From contig JBDUXZ010000005.1 in the NCBI GenBank assembly GCA_039944855.1, forward strand, positions 372,676-436,675: 64,000 nucleotides of DNA, given 5' to 3'. This stretch comes from Rhodothermales bacterium (GTDB taxonomy: Bacteria > Bacteroidota > Rhodothermia > Rhodothermales > JANQRZ01). This document shows, in pieces, positions 55,894 through 64,000 of the stretch. Position 1 is the stretch's first letter, and every line of letters begins with the position of its first letter. The notes under the pieces are model-generated. The model had not been told where the DNA came from, searched no databases, and worked only from the letters and a program-made list of their open reading frames with translations. The translations under genes were made by a program, and so were the position numbers.

Positions 55894-57729
55894 ATGCCTG
55901 ACACGTCCCCCGAGCCCCGCCCGAAGCGCTCCCTCTCCGACTACCTCACGGACCCGAGCGCCCGCCGCATCGAGTGGCTCGCGTTCCTCCTCATCGTCGC
56001 CTTCGGCCTGTTCGTCTTCGTGGCGACCCGGAGCGACCTCGTCGCCCAGGTAGCCCCAATCCCGACCGCGGACGAGACGGCGGCGGCGGACAGTGCGGCG
56101 GCACCGGAGGAGGCCCCGCTGATCCCGAATTCGCCGTTCACCCTCACCGCCCTCGACGTCCACCCCGACCGCCTCTACGCCTCGTACCTGTCGAACGCGT
56201 TCATCGAGGCCCCGGACCCCGCGCAGAGCGACGTCACCCTCGACGACTTCCGCGCCCAGCTCGACATCTACACGAAGCGCCAGGGCGTCGACGACAACTT
56301 CTCGATCCGCGTGCTCGACAACCGGACGGGGAAGACGCTGGAGGTGTTCACCCTCGCCGCGCAGCGAGACCGGTACGAGGAGACGGGCAACGCGAACTGG
56401 GACCAGGTCGACCGGCTGCGGCGGGACGCGACGAACACCCTCGTGCGGAAGTGGGCCGCGCGGGGCATCCCCAAGCCGAACGTGGCGATCCGGTGGGGCC
56501 GCGCCAACCAGGTCGCCGAGGCCCGCGACCGCGAGCTCCGCACGATCGAGTATGAGATCCGCTACGCGCGGCAGCTCGGCCTGAGCCTGCTGATGACCGA
56601 GATCGGGACGGTCGAGACGTTCAATCAGGACTGGATGGTGTCGCCAGTCGGCGCGCGGAGCCGGTACCAGATGATGCCCGACATCCTCGAGCTCTTCGAC
56701 ATCAACTCGTACACGCTCTCCTCGCCGGGCGGGACGGTGCAGGTGCGCGAGGAGCTCAGCCCGCTCCTCTCGATGCAGTCGGCGTTCCTCCTCGTCCGCG
56801 GCTACGCTAACTCGGTCGGGCACGAGATCCCCGGCATCTCGGCCTACCACACCGGGCCGGGCAACATCTTCCACCTCTACCAGACCTACCTCCGCGCGAA
56901 CGCCGGCAACGCCAACATCAGCGACAAGAACGTCATCGACGCCTACATGTGGGGCGTGACCGACGGCTTCGAGCGCGTTCGAAAGCAGTCCTCGTTCGGG
57001 CCGCACTCGCGGGCATATGTCCTCCAGGCGTACGGCTCCCTCCGCGCCGTTGAGGACAAAGAGATCGACCCTTCGGAGACGATCCGCGCCGAGTTCGTGA
57101 GCGTCGACCCGGGCGCGTCCATCACGCTCGAAGCCCTCCTCAACGCCCTCCAGCCCCACGACGCCCGCCTCGACTGGGGCTACGACGTCACGAGCGGCAA
57201 CCTCTACGAGCGGTTCCGCTTGCTCAATCCCCACATCGACCTCCCGGCCTCGACCGGGGACGGGCCGGTGAGCGTGCCGGCCGCCGGGAACGTCACCTTC
57301 ACCGCCACCTCGGGCGGCGACCGCGTCCGGTTCTTCCTCCCCTACGGCGCCTCCGACGTGCTCAACCGCATCGGGACGGACGTCCTCAACGACGACGCCC
57401 TCTTCCGCTTCGACGAGACGGCCTTCGCCGACCCGGCCCGCAACGGCGACCAGACGCCGTACGACCGCGCCTACACGCAGCTCGTGGACGACATCGCCCA
57501 GTTCGGGTTCACCGGGTCGAACCAGCGGAAGCTCGGGGCGCTCTACACGAAGATGCAGGAGCTCGCCGAGGAGAACCCGACGCAGTACCGCCGGGCGCAG
57601 GCCAAGATCATCACGATCCACCGCCGGACGTGGATGACGCAGGCCTTCCGCGACCTCTCGGGCGCTGTGGCGAACGTGCTCGCCTCGCGCGCCGCCCCCT
57701 CCGACGGGAACGCGGCGGCGACGCCCTGA
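55894..57729 (+). CDS. Hypothetical membrane-anchored protein (611 aa)
   Basis: An N-terminal TM helix (WLAFLLIVAFGLFVFVA), then a long, complex coding-like translation. No family recognised. Confidence 0.6.
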   Translation: MPDTSPEPRPKRSLSDYLTDPSARRIEWLAFLLIVAFGLFVFVATRSDLVAQVAPIPTADETAAADSAAAPEEAPLIPNSPFTLTALDVHPDRLYASYLSNAFIEAPDPAQSDVTLDDFRAQLDIYTKRQGVDDNFSIRVLDNRTGKTLEVFTLAAQRDRYEETGNANWDQVDRLRRDATNTLVRKWAARGIPKPNVAIRWGRANQVAEARDRELRTIEYEIRYARQLGLSLLMTEIGTVETFNQDWMVSPVGARSRYQMMPDILELFDINSYTLSSPGGTVQVREELSPLLSMQSAFLLVRGYANSVGHEIPGISAYHTGPGNIFHLYQTYLRANAGNANISDKNVIDAYMWGVTDGFERVRKQSSFGPHSRAYVLQAYGSLRAVEDKEIDPSETIRAEFVSVDPGASITLEALLNALQPHDARLDWGYDVTSGNLYERFRLLNPHIDLPASTGDGPVSVPAAGNVTFTATSGGDRVRFFLPYGASDVLNRIGTDVLNDDALFRFDETAFADPARNGDQTPYDRAYTQLVDDIAQFGFTGSNQRKLGALYTKMQELAEENPTQYRRAQAKIITIHRRTWMTQAFRDLSGAVANVLASRAAPSDGNAAATP

Positions 57730-57749
57730 CCTCTCCCTCCGCAACGAGT

Positions 57750-57779
57750 GAGGCCGCGCCGATCAGTCGGCGCGGCCTC
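57750..57779. terminator. Perfect 13-bp stem hairpin between convergent genes (possible bidirectional terminator)
   Basis: GAGGCCGCGCCGA / TCAG / TCGGCGCGGCCTC, followed by GTTCGTTTCC on the + strand. The U-tract is weak. Confidence 0.55.
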
Positions 57780-57814
57780 GTTCGTTTCCTGCTGGCGCGA
57801 CGGGGCGCTGACCG

Positions 57815-60145
57815 TCAGATGTCCCACGGCAGGTCTTCTTCGACGGAGCGGCGGAGGGCACGGCCCATCAGCACATCGTGGAACGCGCGGGCCGGCTCGC
57901 CGTCCTGCGGCGTGCGCTGTTGATAAAGCCCGTCGCCGCTGAGGTCCCACGCGAGGCGGTTGTCCTTCATCGAGAACTTCAGCGTGCGCTTGAGCCGCTC
58001 CCGCACCTTGTCGTCTTCGATCGGCACGACGACCTCGACACGCTCTTCCAAGTTGCGCCGTTGCCAGTCCGCGCTCCCGATCAGCGCCTCCGGCGTCCCG
58101 TTGTTGCCGAAGTAGTAGATCCGGCTGTGCTCCAGGAACCGGCCGACGATCGAGATGACCTCGATGTTCTCGGAGATGCCCGGGATGCCCGGCCGCAGCC
58201 GGCTGTGCCCGCGGATGATGAGCGAGATGCTCACCCCGGCCTGCGACGCCTCGTAGAGCTTCCGGATCATCACCGGGTCGTCGATCGCGTTCATCTTGCA
58301 GATGATCCGGCCGTTGCCGCTCCCCCGCTGGTGCTCCATCTCCCGGTCGATGAGGCGGAGGAAGGCCGGGCGGAGGTCGCGCGGGGCGACGAGCAGCTTC
58401 TGGTAGCGCTGCTCCGGCGCGTACCCCGTGAGGTAATGGAAGAGGTTGACGAGGTCGGAGCCGATCTCGCGGTTCGCCGTCAGCAGGCCGAGGTCGGTGT
58501 AGAAGCGGGCCGTCGTCGGGTTGTAGTTCCCCGTCGAGATGTGGCTGTAGGTGCAGAGCCCGCCCGCCTCCTCGCGCACGACGAGCGTGGTCTTCGCGTG
58601 CGTCTTCAGGCCGACGAGGCCGTACGTGACGTGGACACCCGCCTTCTCGAGCGCCTGTGCCATCTCGATGTTGCGCTCCTCGTCGAAGCGCGCCTTGAGT
58701 TCGATGAGGGCGGCGACCTGCTTGCCCGCCTCGGCCGCGCGCCGGAGCGCCGCCACGATCGGCGAGTCCTTGCTCGTGCGGTAGAGCGTCAGCTTGATGG
58801 CGAGCACGTTGGGGTCGAGCGCGGCCTCCTCCACGAAGCGGAGCGTGGACGCCGAGAACGACTCGTAGGGGTGGTGCACGAGGAGGTCGCGGTGGCGGAC
58901 GACGGCGAAGATGTCGGCCTTGTCCTCGCTCTCGCCCTCGTGCCGGAGCCGGATCGGGACGATGGGCTCCCAGCGCGGGTATTGGTGTTGCGGGAGCGGG
59001 AGGTCGGCGAGGTCCGTGAGGTCGGCGAGTTCGAGGAGGCCGTCGGAGACGTAGACGTCCTCGTCCTCCAGCTCCAGCTCGCGGACGAGCAGGCGGCGCA
59101 CGGCGGCGGGCATGTCCTGCTCGATCTCGAGACGGACCACGTCGGCGAAGCGCCGCTCGCGCACCTCGTCGGAGATCATCGCGAGGAGGTCGTCGGCCTC
59201 CTCCTCGTTGCGCCGCACATCGGCGTTGCGCGTGATGCGGAAGGCGCTGACGGCGACGACCTCCATCCCCCGGAACAGTTCGCCCACGTTCGCGCGGATG
59301 ATCTGCTCGACGGGGACGAAGTGGTGGACCTCGCCGGGGATCGAGATCCAACGGCCGCGCGAGATCGGGACCTTCAGCCGGGCGAAGTGCTCGGTCCCGC
59401 GCGCCGGGTGCCGGAGCATCACCGCGAGCGAGAGCGAGAGGTTGGAGATGAACGGGAACGGGTGCCCCGGGTCGACGGCGAGCGGGGTGAGGATCGGGAA
59501 GATGTGGGTGTGGAAGTAGGCGTCCAGCGCCTTCCGCTGCGCACCGTCGAGGTCGTCGTAGTCGCGCACGACGACGCCCGCGCGTTCGAGCTTCGGGCGG
59601 AGCCCTTCTTCCCACGTCTGCGTGATCGTCTCGTACATCGGGATGATCGCGCGACGAACGAGGGCGAGCTGCTCGGCCGGGGTGCGGCCGTCGGGCGAGA
59701 GGCTCACGACGCCGGCCGCCTCCTGCCGCTTCAGCCCGCCGATGCGCTTGCGGTAGAACTCGTCGAGGTTGTTGGCTGTGATGGCGAGGAATCGGACCTG
59801 CTCCAGCATCGGCGTCCGCTCGTCGAGGGCCTGGGCGAGCACGCGGGCGTTGAAGTCGAGCCAGCTCAACTCGCGGTTGAAGTAGAGCGCGGGGTCGGAG
59901 AGGTCGGTATCGGCGTCGACGGGTTGCGGGTCCACGGCGCGCGGCACGGCGAAGCCCCACTCCGGCCGAGCGGGCACCACCTGCGGCCGGTCCGCATGCG
60001 GGCGTTGCTCGGCGGCGGGATCGGCGGCGAGTGTCGCCGAGCCATCCCCGCCCGGCGCGTCCTCCCCCTCCACCGCTTCGTTCTTGGGCTCGACACCGGA
60101 TTTGAGGGCGGCCGGTTCTTTGACGGGCTCAGCTTTTTTAGACAT
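57815..60145 (-). CDS. ppk1: Polyphosphate kinase 1
   Basis: FNRELSWLDFN, RFLAI...NLDEF, two PLD-like C-domains, FLEHSRIYYF. Start set at MSKKAEP. Confidence 0.93.
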   Translation of the reverse strand: MSKKAEPVKEPAALKSGVEPKNEAVEGEDAPGGDGSATLAADPAAEQRPHADRPQVVPARPEWGFAVPRAVDPQPVDADTDLSDPALYFNRELSWLDFNARVLAQALDERTPMLEQVRFLAITANNLDEFYRKRIGGLKRQEAAGVVSLSPDGRTPAEQLALVRRAIIPMYETITQTWEEGLRPKLERAGVVVRDYDDLDGAQRKALDAYFHTHIFPILTPLAVDPGHPFPFISNLSLSLAVMLRHPARGTEHFARLKVPISRGRWISIPGEVHHFVPVEQIIRANVGELFRGMEVVAVSAFRITRNADVRRNEEEADDLLAMISDEVRERRFADVVRLEIEQDMPAAVRRLLVRELELEDEDVYVSDGLLELADLTDLADLPLPQHQYPRWEPIVPIRLRHEGESEDKADIFAVVRHRDLLVHHPYESFSASTLRFVEEAALDPNVLAIKLTLYRTSKDSPIVAALRRAAEAGKQVAALIELKARFDEERNIEMAQALEKAGVHVTYGLVGLKTHAKTTLVVREEAGGLCTYSHISTGNYNPTTARFYTDLGLLTANREIGSDLVNLFHYLTGYAPEQRYQKLLVAPRDLRPAFLRLIDREMEHQRGSGNGRIICKMNAIDDPVMIRKLYEASQAGVSISLIIRGHSRLRPGIPGISENIEVISIVGRFLEHSRIYYFGNNGTPEALIGSADWQRRNLEERVEVVVPIEDDKVRERLKRTLKFSMKDNRLAWDLSGDGLYQQRTPQDGEPARAFHDVLMGRALRRSVEEDLPWDI

Positions 60146-60355
60146 GATCGCAGCGGAAGAGGAGGCGGAGAGCGCAACATACGTCCGAACCCCCACGCGG
60201 TGCCGGCCGCACGGACGGATTCCGACAGGCCATTACGGTGCCGATCCCGGCCATGCCGTCCCCCACAGCGTACCCACCCCGACCAGGGCGCAAGCCTTGC
60301 GCCCCTACGGCGCGGAGCGCGACAGGCGGGCTAACTTGATCGCTTTCACTCCCGA

Positions 60356-62287
60356 TCACCCCGACTTCCCCTCTTCCGCTCCCCACTCGAAGAACTCGCG
60401 GCGCTCGATCTGCATCCGGAGCCGCTGCAACTCCTGCATCTGCTGCTGGAGCGGGGTGAGGTCCTCGCCCGCCTGCTCGGCCGCGTACGTCCTCCGGTTG
60501 GCGAGGGCGATGGCCTCGTTGACGCGGTCGAGCTTGAGAAGCGTCATCGCGCTCGCCGCCGCCTCGTACGGCTCGGCGTTCATCTCGGGCACGCGGATCC
60601 CCTTCCGCGCGTAGTTGTCCGACGTCACGTGACGGTCCACGAGCACGCCGGCCGTGACCTGCTGCACGACCGGCCCGAACTGCCCGCCTGTGAACGCCTC
60701 GGCGTCGATCTGCCCCTCTTGATATTGGGCGAGGAGCTGCTCGACGGTGCGGCGGACGGGGCCGGGCGAGAACTCGTCGAGGGCCATGTGGCCGAGGACG
60801 TGCTCGACCATCGGCCGCCCCTGCTCCAGCATTAGCCGGAGGAGCGCGCCCTCCTCGGGCTTCATCTCGAACGTCTCGGGCACGGGCGCCGGGCCCGCCG
60901 AAGGCTCGAACTCGCTCTCCGGCAGCGGCGGCATCTCGCGGCGCGGCGCGGGCCGCGCCTCGCCCCCCTTCTTCAGCACGTCGCGGAACTGCATCCGGAG
61001 GTGGATGTCGGGCACGCCGAGCTCGCCCGCCGCGACGCGGATGTAGCCGTCCTGCGCGACGGTGTCCGGGATCTGCGCGATCGTGTCGAGCACCGAGCGC
61101 GCCGTCTCGGCCTGCCCCTCTGGTGTACTGAGCGCGCCGGTCCGCCGCGCCGCCGCCACTTTGAAATGGACGAAGCTCTGCCGCTCTTTCTGGAGGTAGG
61201 CCCGGAACGCCTCGCCGCCGAACTTCTGCACGAACGAGTCCGGGTCCGCCCCGTCGGGCAGCGACACCACGTAAGCCGCGAGCCCTTCGCGCAGGATCAG
61301 GTCGATACCGCGGAGCGCAGCGGCGGCCCCGGCCGAGTCGGCGTCGTAGAGGAGGAGGACGCGTTTGGCGTAGCGGCCGAGCGCGCGGACCTGCTCCGGC
61401 GTCAGCGCCGTCCCGCTCGACGCCACGACGTTCTTCACGCCGGCCTGATACAGCGAGATCACGTCCGTGTAGCCCTCGACGAGGATCACCTCCTCCTCGG
61501 CGCGGACCGCCTGCTTGCCCTGAAACAGCCCGTAGAGCACGCGGCCTTTGGAATACACCCGCGTCTCGGGCGAATTGATGTACTTCGGCGGGACGTAGTC
61601 GCCCGTCGGCGGGGTGCTGTCGGGGAGCACGCGCCCGCCGAAGCCGAGGACCTTGCCGACGTGCGAGAGGATCGGAAACATCGCCCGCTCGCGGAAGCGG
61701 TCGTGGAACCCGTCGCCGTTCTTGTTCGGGAGGATGAGCCCGGCTTTGTCGAGGATATCGGAGCTGACCTGCGCCGCCGTCGCCGCCGAGAGCAGGCCGT
61801 CCCACGCGCCCGGCGCGAAGCCGAGCCCGAACTTCTTAATCGTCTCCGGGCTCAGGCCCCGGCTCTCGAAGTAGGCGAGCCCGCGGCGCTTGCCCTCGTC
61901 GGACTGGGTGAGCTGCTGGTAGTACCACCGCGCGGCGAACCGGAGCGCGTGGTGGATAGCCTCTTTCTCGTCGCTGTGCGGGTCCCGCGCGCCCTCCGCC
62001 GGCAGCTCGATCCCGGCCTGCTCGGCGAGCATCCGCACGGTCTCGGTGAACCCGAGCCCCTCAACCTTCATCACGAACGAGATCGCGTCGCCGCCCTCGC
62101 CGCACCCGAAGCACTTGAAGATGCCCATCCCCGGGTTCACGTTGAACGACGGGGTCTTCTCGTTGTGGAACGGGCAGAGGCCTTTGAAGTTGGTCCCGGC
62201 CTTTTTGAGGCGGACGTAGTCGCTCACCACGTCCACGATATCGGTGGCGGCCTTGACCTCTTCGACCTTGTCCTCGGGGATCATCAT
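60356..62287 (-). CDS. dnaG: DNA primase
   Basis: CHC2 zinc finger CPFHNEKTPSFNVNP, RNA polymerase core, TOPRIM VEGYTDV. Confidence 0.93.
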   Translation of the reverse strand: MMIPEDKVEEVKAATDIVDVVSDYVRLKKAGTNFKGLCPFHNEKTPSFNVNPGMGIFKCFGCGEGGDAISFVMKVEGLGFTETVRMLAEQAGIELPAEGARDPHSDEKEAIHHALRFAARWYYQQLTQSDEGKRRGLAYFESRGLSPETIKKFGLGFAPGAWDGLLSAATAAQVSSDILDKAGLILPNKNGDGFHDRFRERAMFPILSHVGKVLGFGGRVLPDSTPPTGDYVPPKYINSPETRVYSKGRVLYGLFQGKQAVRAEEEVILVEGYTDVISLYQAGVKNVVASSGTALTPEQVRALGRYAKRVLLLYDADSAGAAAALRGIDLILREGLAAYVVSLPDGADPDSFVQKFGGEAFRAYLQKERQSFVHFKVAAARRTGALSTPEGQAETARSVLDTIAQIPDTVAQDGYIRVAAGELGVPDIHLRMQFRDVLKKGGEARPAPRREMPPLPESEFEPSAGPAPVPETFEMKPEEGALLRLMLEQGRPMVEHVLGHMALDEFSPGPVRRTVEQLLAQYQEGQIDAEAFTGGQFGPVVQQVTAGVLVDRHVTSDNYARKGIRVPEMNAEPYEAAASAMTLLKLDRVNEAIALANRRTYAAEQAGEDLTPLQQQMQELQRLRMQIERREFFEWGAEEGKSG

Positions 62288-62345
62288 GGGGCGACGCGGG
62301 GGGCAGTGGAGCGGGCGGGAAAGTACGCCCGAACCGCCGCCGCGT

Positions 62346-62822
62346 TCACGCCGGACGCAGGGTATCGCCGGCCCGAATCATGCCTTCGCTCAGCAGCGAC
62401 GCGCGGAGCCCACCACGCCGCACGAGCGCGTCGAAGAGGGCCTCCTGCCCTGTGACGCGGACGAGGTATTTGCACGGCGCGCACACCCGCTCGCCGCGCA
62501 TCCGCACGGACCCGACCCAGAACTCCGCCTTCACGAGGTCGCCGAGCGGGACGCCCGTTACGACGAGATTCCGCCGGTGCTCCCCCGCCGACACCGCGAC
62601 GCCGAACTCGGCCTCGGCGTCGGCGAGCGCCTCGGCCGCGATGAGCGTGACCTCGCGCCGCGCCCCCGGCCACCGGCTGAACGAGCCCTCGCCCTTCCAG
62701 TACCGATCGCCTTCGAGCCCGCGCCCCGGCTCCGCCCGCACCGCCGCGACCGACCGCACCGGCGCACCCGCATCGGGCGCGAGGTAGATCGTTTCGAGGG
62801 TCCCTGTCCAGACAGCCGGCAT
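62346..62822 (-). CDS. MOSC-domain protein
   Basis: 158 aa. GLEGDRY...NLVV.G...C.PC pattern (RGERVCAPCKYL). Confidence 0.75.
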   Translation of the reverse strand: MPAVWTGTLETIYLAPDAGAPVRSVAAVRAEPGRGLEGDRYWKGEGSFSRWPGARREVTLIAAEALADAEAEFGVAVSAGEHRRNLVVTGVPLGDLVKAEFWVGSVRMRGERVCAPCKYLVRVTGQEALFDALVRRGGLRASLLSEGMIRAGDTLRPA

Positions 62823-62886
62823 GGCACAACATAAAGCCGCCGGAGCCCGAAGGCCCCGGCGGCATCAAAGCCGGATCGGACGGCTG

Positions 62887-64000
62887 CTACTGGTCGAACC
62901 GCTCGAACACGATCTCGGGGCGGTTGCCCGTGTTGTAGCGCGTAAGCTGCGCGTTCCCATTCGGGCTGGTCACGCGGATCGTGAGCGTCTCGAGCTGGGG
63001 CGGCAGCGGGAGGTCGTCCTCGTTCGTCTCATCGCCCTGAACGACGCTGATGAGGAAGTCGGTGCGACCGGGGCCGGGGCAGAGGTAGTCGCCCAGTTCG
63101 GTCTGGTCGTCCCCGACGGCCTCGACGTTCACGCCGTCGGCCGTGACGGCGATCCGCGTGCCGGGCGCGAGCGGGTGCCCGAAGCGGTCGGAGACGCGGA
63201 AGCCGTAGTTACCCAGGTCCCCGTTATCCGGGTCCGAATCGACATCGGTGAACACGATCTCCGTCTGGGCGGAGAGTAGCACGCTGGTGGTTGCCGTGAT
63301 CGTTTGCTGATTCAGATCCGACGTCGTCGCGGTGATCTGGGCATACCCTTCCCGGCTTGCTCCGTCGCACACCGCCGGAGGATCACCCGACGTACGCGGG
63401 GCTGCCGAAATCATCGACACCGTCGTGCGCCCCAGTGCGTCCGTCGTGCCGGCCCCTTCGACGATGCCGGCGTTCGTCGTGAAGTAGACGGCCGTGCCGG
63501 GCTGGACGGGGTTGGCGTAGATATCGCCCACAATAGCCGTGATGGGGTTGATCACCCCATTCACGTCGTACCCGGGGAAGTTGAACTGCTGCGGCCCGAC
63601 CGTGAAGTGCTCCTGGTGCGGGAGGCCGCCCGTGATCGTGACGACGACGGGGAGCGAGCGGATGACGGTGCCTTGCTGGTTCGTCGCCGTGGCTTCGACC
63701 TGCACGGTGCCGGCACGCGTGCCGCTCGAGATCGTCGTCTGCACCCGGCCGGAGCCGTTCGTCCGCTTCACGGCCGGCGCGATGAACTCCCCGCCGCCGG
63801 GCCCGTTGCCGATCACGAAGTTGACGTCGACCCCGTTGTCCGCGTCGACCGGATTGCCGAAGGCGTCGAGGACGATGAAGGTCAGCGTGGCCGTCTCGTC
63901 CGCGCCGGCGCTCTGCACGCCGATCGACTGGGAGGAGCGTTGCACGAGCGTGATGCTGGCGGCCGGGCCGGAGGGCTCATCGGCCCCGTCGTCGATGCCG
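62887..64000 (-). CDS. Surface protein with repeated bacterial Ig-like (Big_1/invasin-like) domains, C-terminal part; the 5' end lies beyond the window
   Basis: The frame stays open from 63945 to position 64000. Repeated ~90-aa beta-rich modules (GTVQVEATATNQQG..., GYAQITATTSDLNQQ...). Confidence 0.65.
   Translation of the reverse strand, partial: GIDDGADEPSGPAASITLVQRSSQSIGVQSAGADETATLTFIVLDAFGNPVDADNGVDVNFVIGNGPGGGEFIAPAVKRTNGSGRVQTTISSGTRAGTVQVEATATNQQGTVIRSLPVVVTITGGLPHQEHFTVGPQQFNFPGYDVNGVINPITAIVGDIYANPVQPGTAVYFTTNAGIVEGAGTTDALGRTTVSMISAAPRTSGDPPAVCDGASREGYAQITATTSDLNQQTITATTSVLLSAQTEIVFTDVDSDPDNGDLGNYGFRVSDRFGHPLAPGTRIAVTADGVNVEAVGDDQTELGDYLCPGPGRTDFLISVVQGDETNEDDLPLPPQLETLTIRVTSPNGNAQLTRYNTGNRPEIVFERFDQ

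Noticed and set aside
55810-60334. Two very long antisense ORFs (55810-57744 on the minus strand, 57878-60334 on the plus strand), opposite the 611-aa protein gene and ppk1
   Set aside because: Same GC-artefact composition. ppk1 on the other strand is unambiguous.

Overview
High-GC chromosomal segment (spot counts about 70% G+C). It probably comes from a Bacteroidota/Rhodothermota-type organism. The clues are a T9SS C-terminal sorting domain, a DUF5103 T9SS-plug-like protein, a histone-H1-like protein and near-absence of Shine-Dalgarno sequences. I support about 50 protein genes, mostly housekeeping or envelope functions: uvrC, dnaE, ppk1, dnaG, flavodoxin, AI-2E transporter, SpmA/SpmB-like pair, zincin and S41 proteases, MltF, an amidase and many secreted or lipoproteins. 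I recognised no rRNA, tRNA or CRISPR. The accessory and unusual content is as follows. (1) The last 127 nt of dnaE are duplicated 813 nt downstream. The two copies bracket a PIN-like/partner module whose GTG start overlaps the dnaE stop. The second copy runs directly into the only strongly AT-rich islet of the window (27.5-29.4 kb). (2) That islet carries a translationally coupled AAA_21/DUF3696-like ATPase plus a small PIN-like protein. This is my best candidate for an undescribed defence-type system. (3) An intact IS5-family element with 16-bp inverted repeats and a TCA duplication lies next to a lower-GC FkbM methyltransferase gene and a degenerate solo IR. (4) A MamK-like actin gene overlaps an amidase gene. 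(5) There are two small-repeat families: 28-nt REP-like palindromes, and 8-nt-periodic CACACCTC/GTGGAGGT arrays with related polypyrimidine tracts. All functional calls come from motif recognition by eye. No searches were run.
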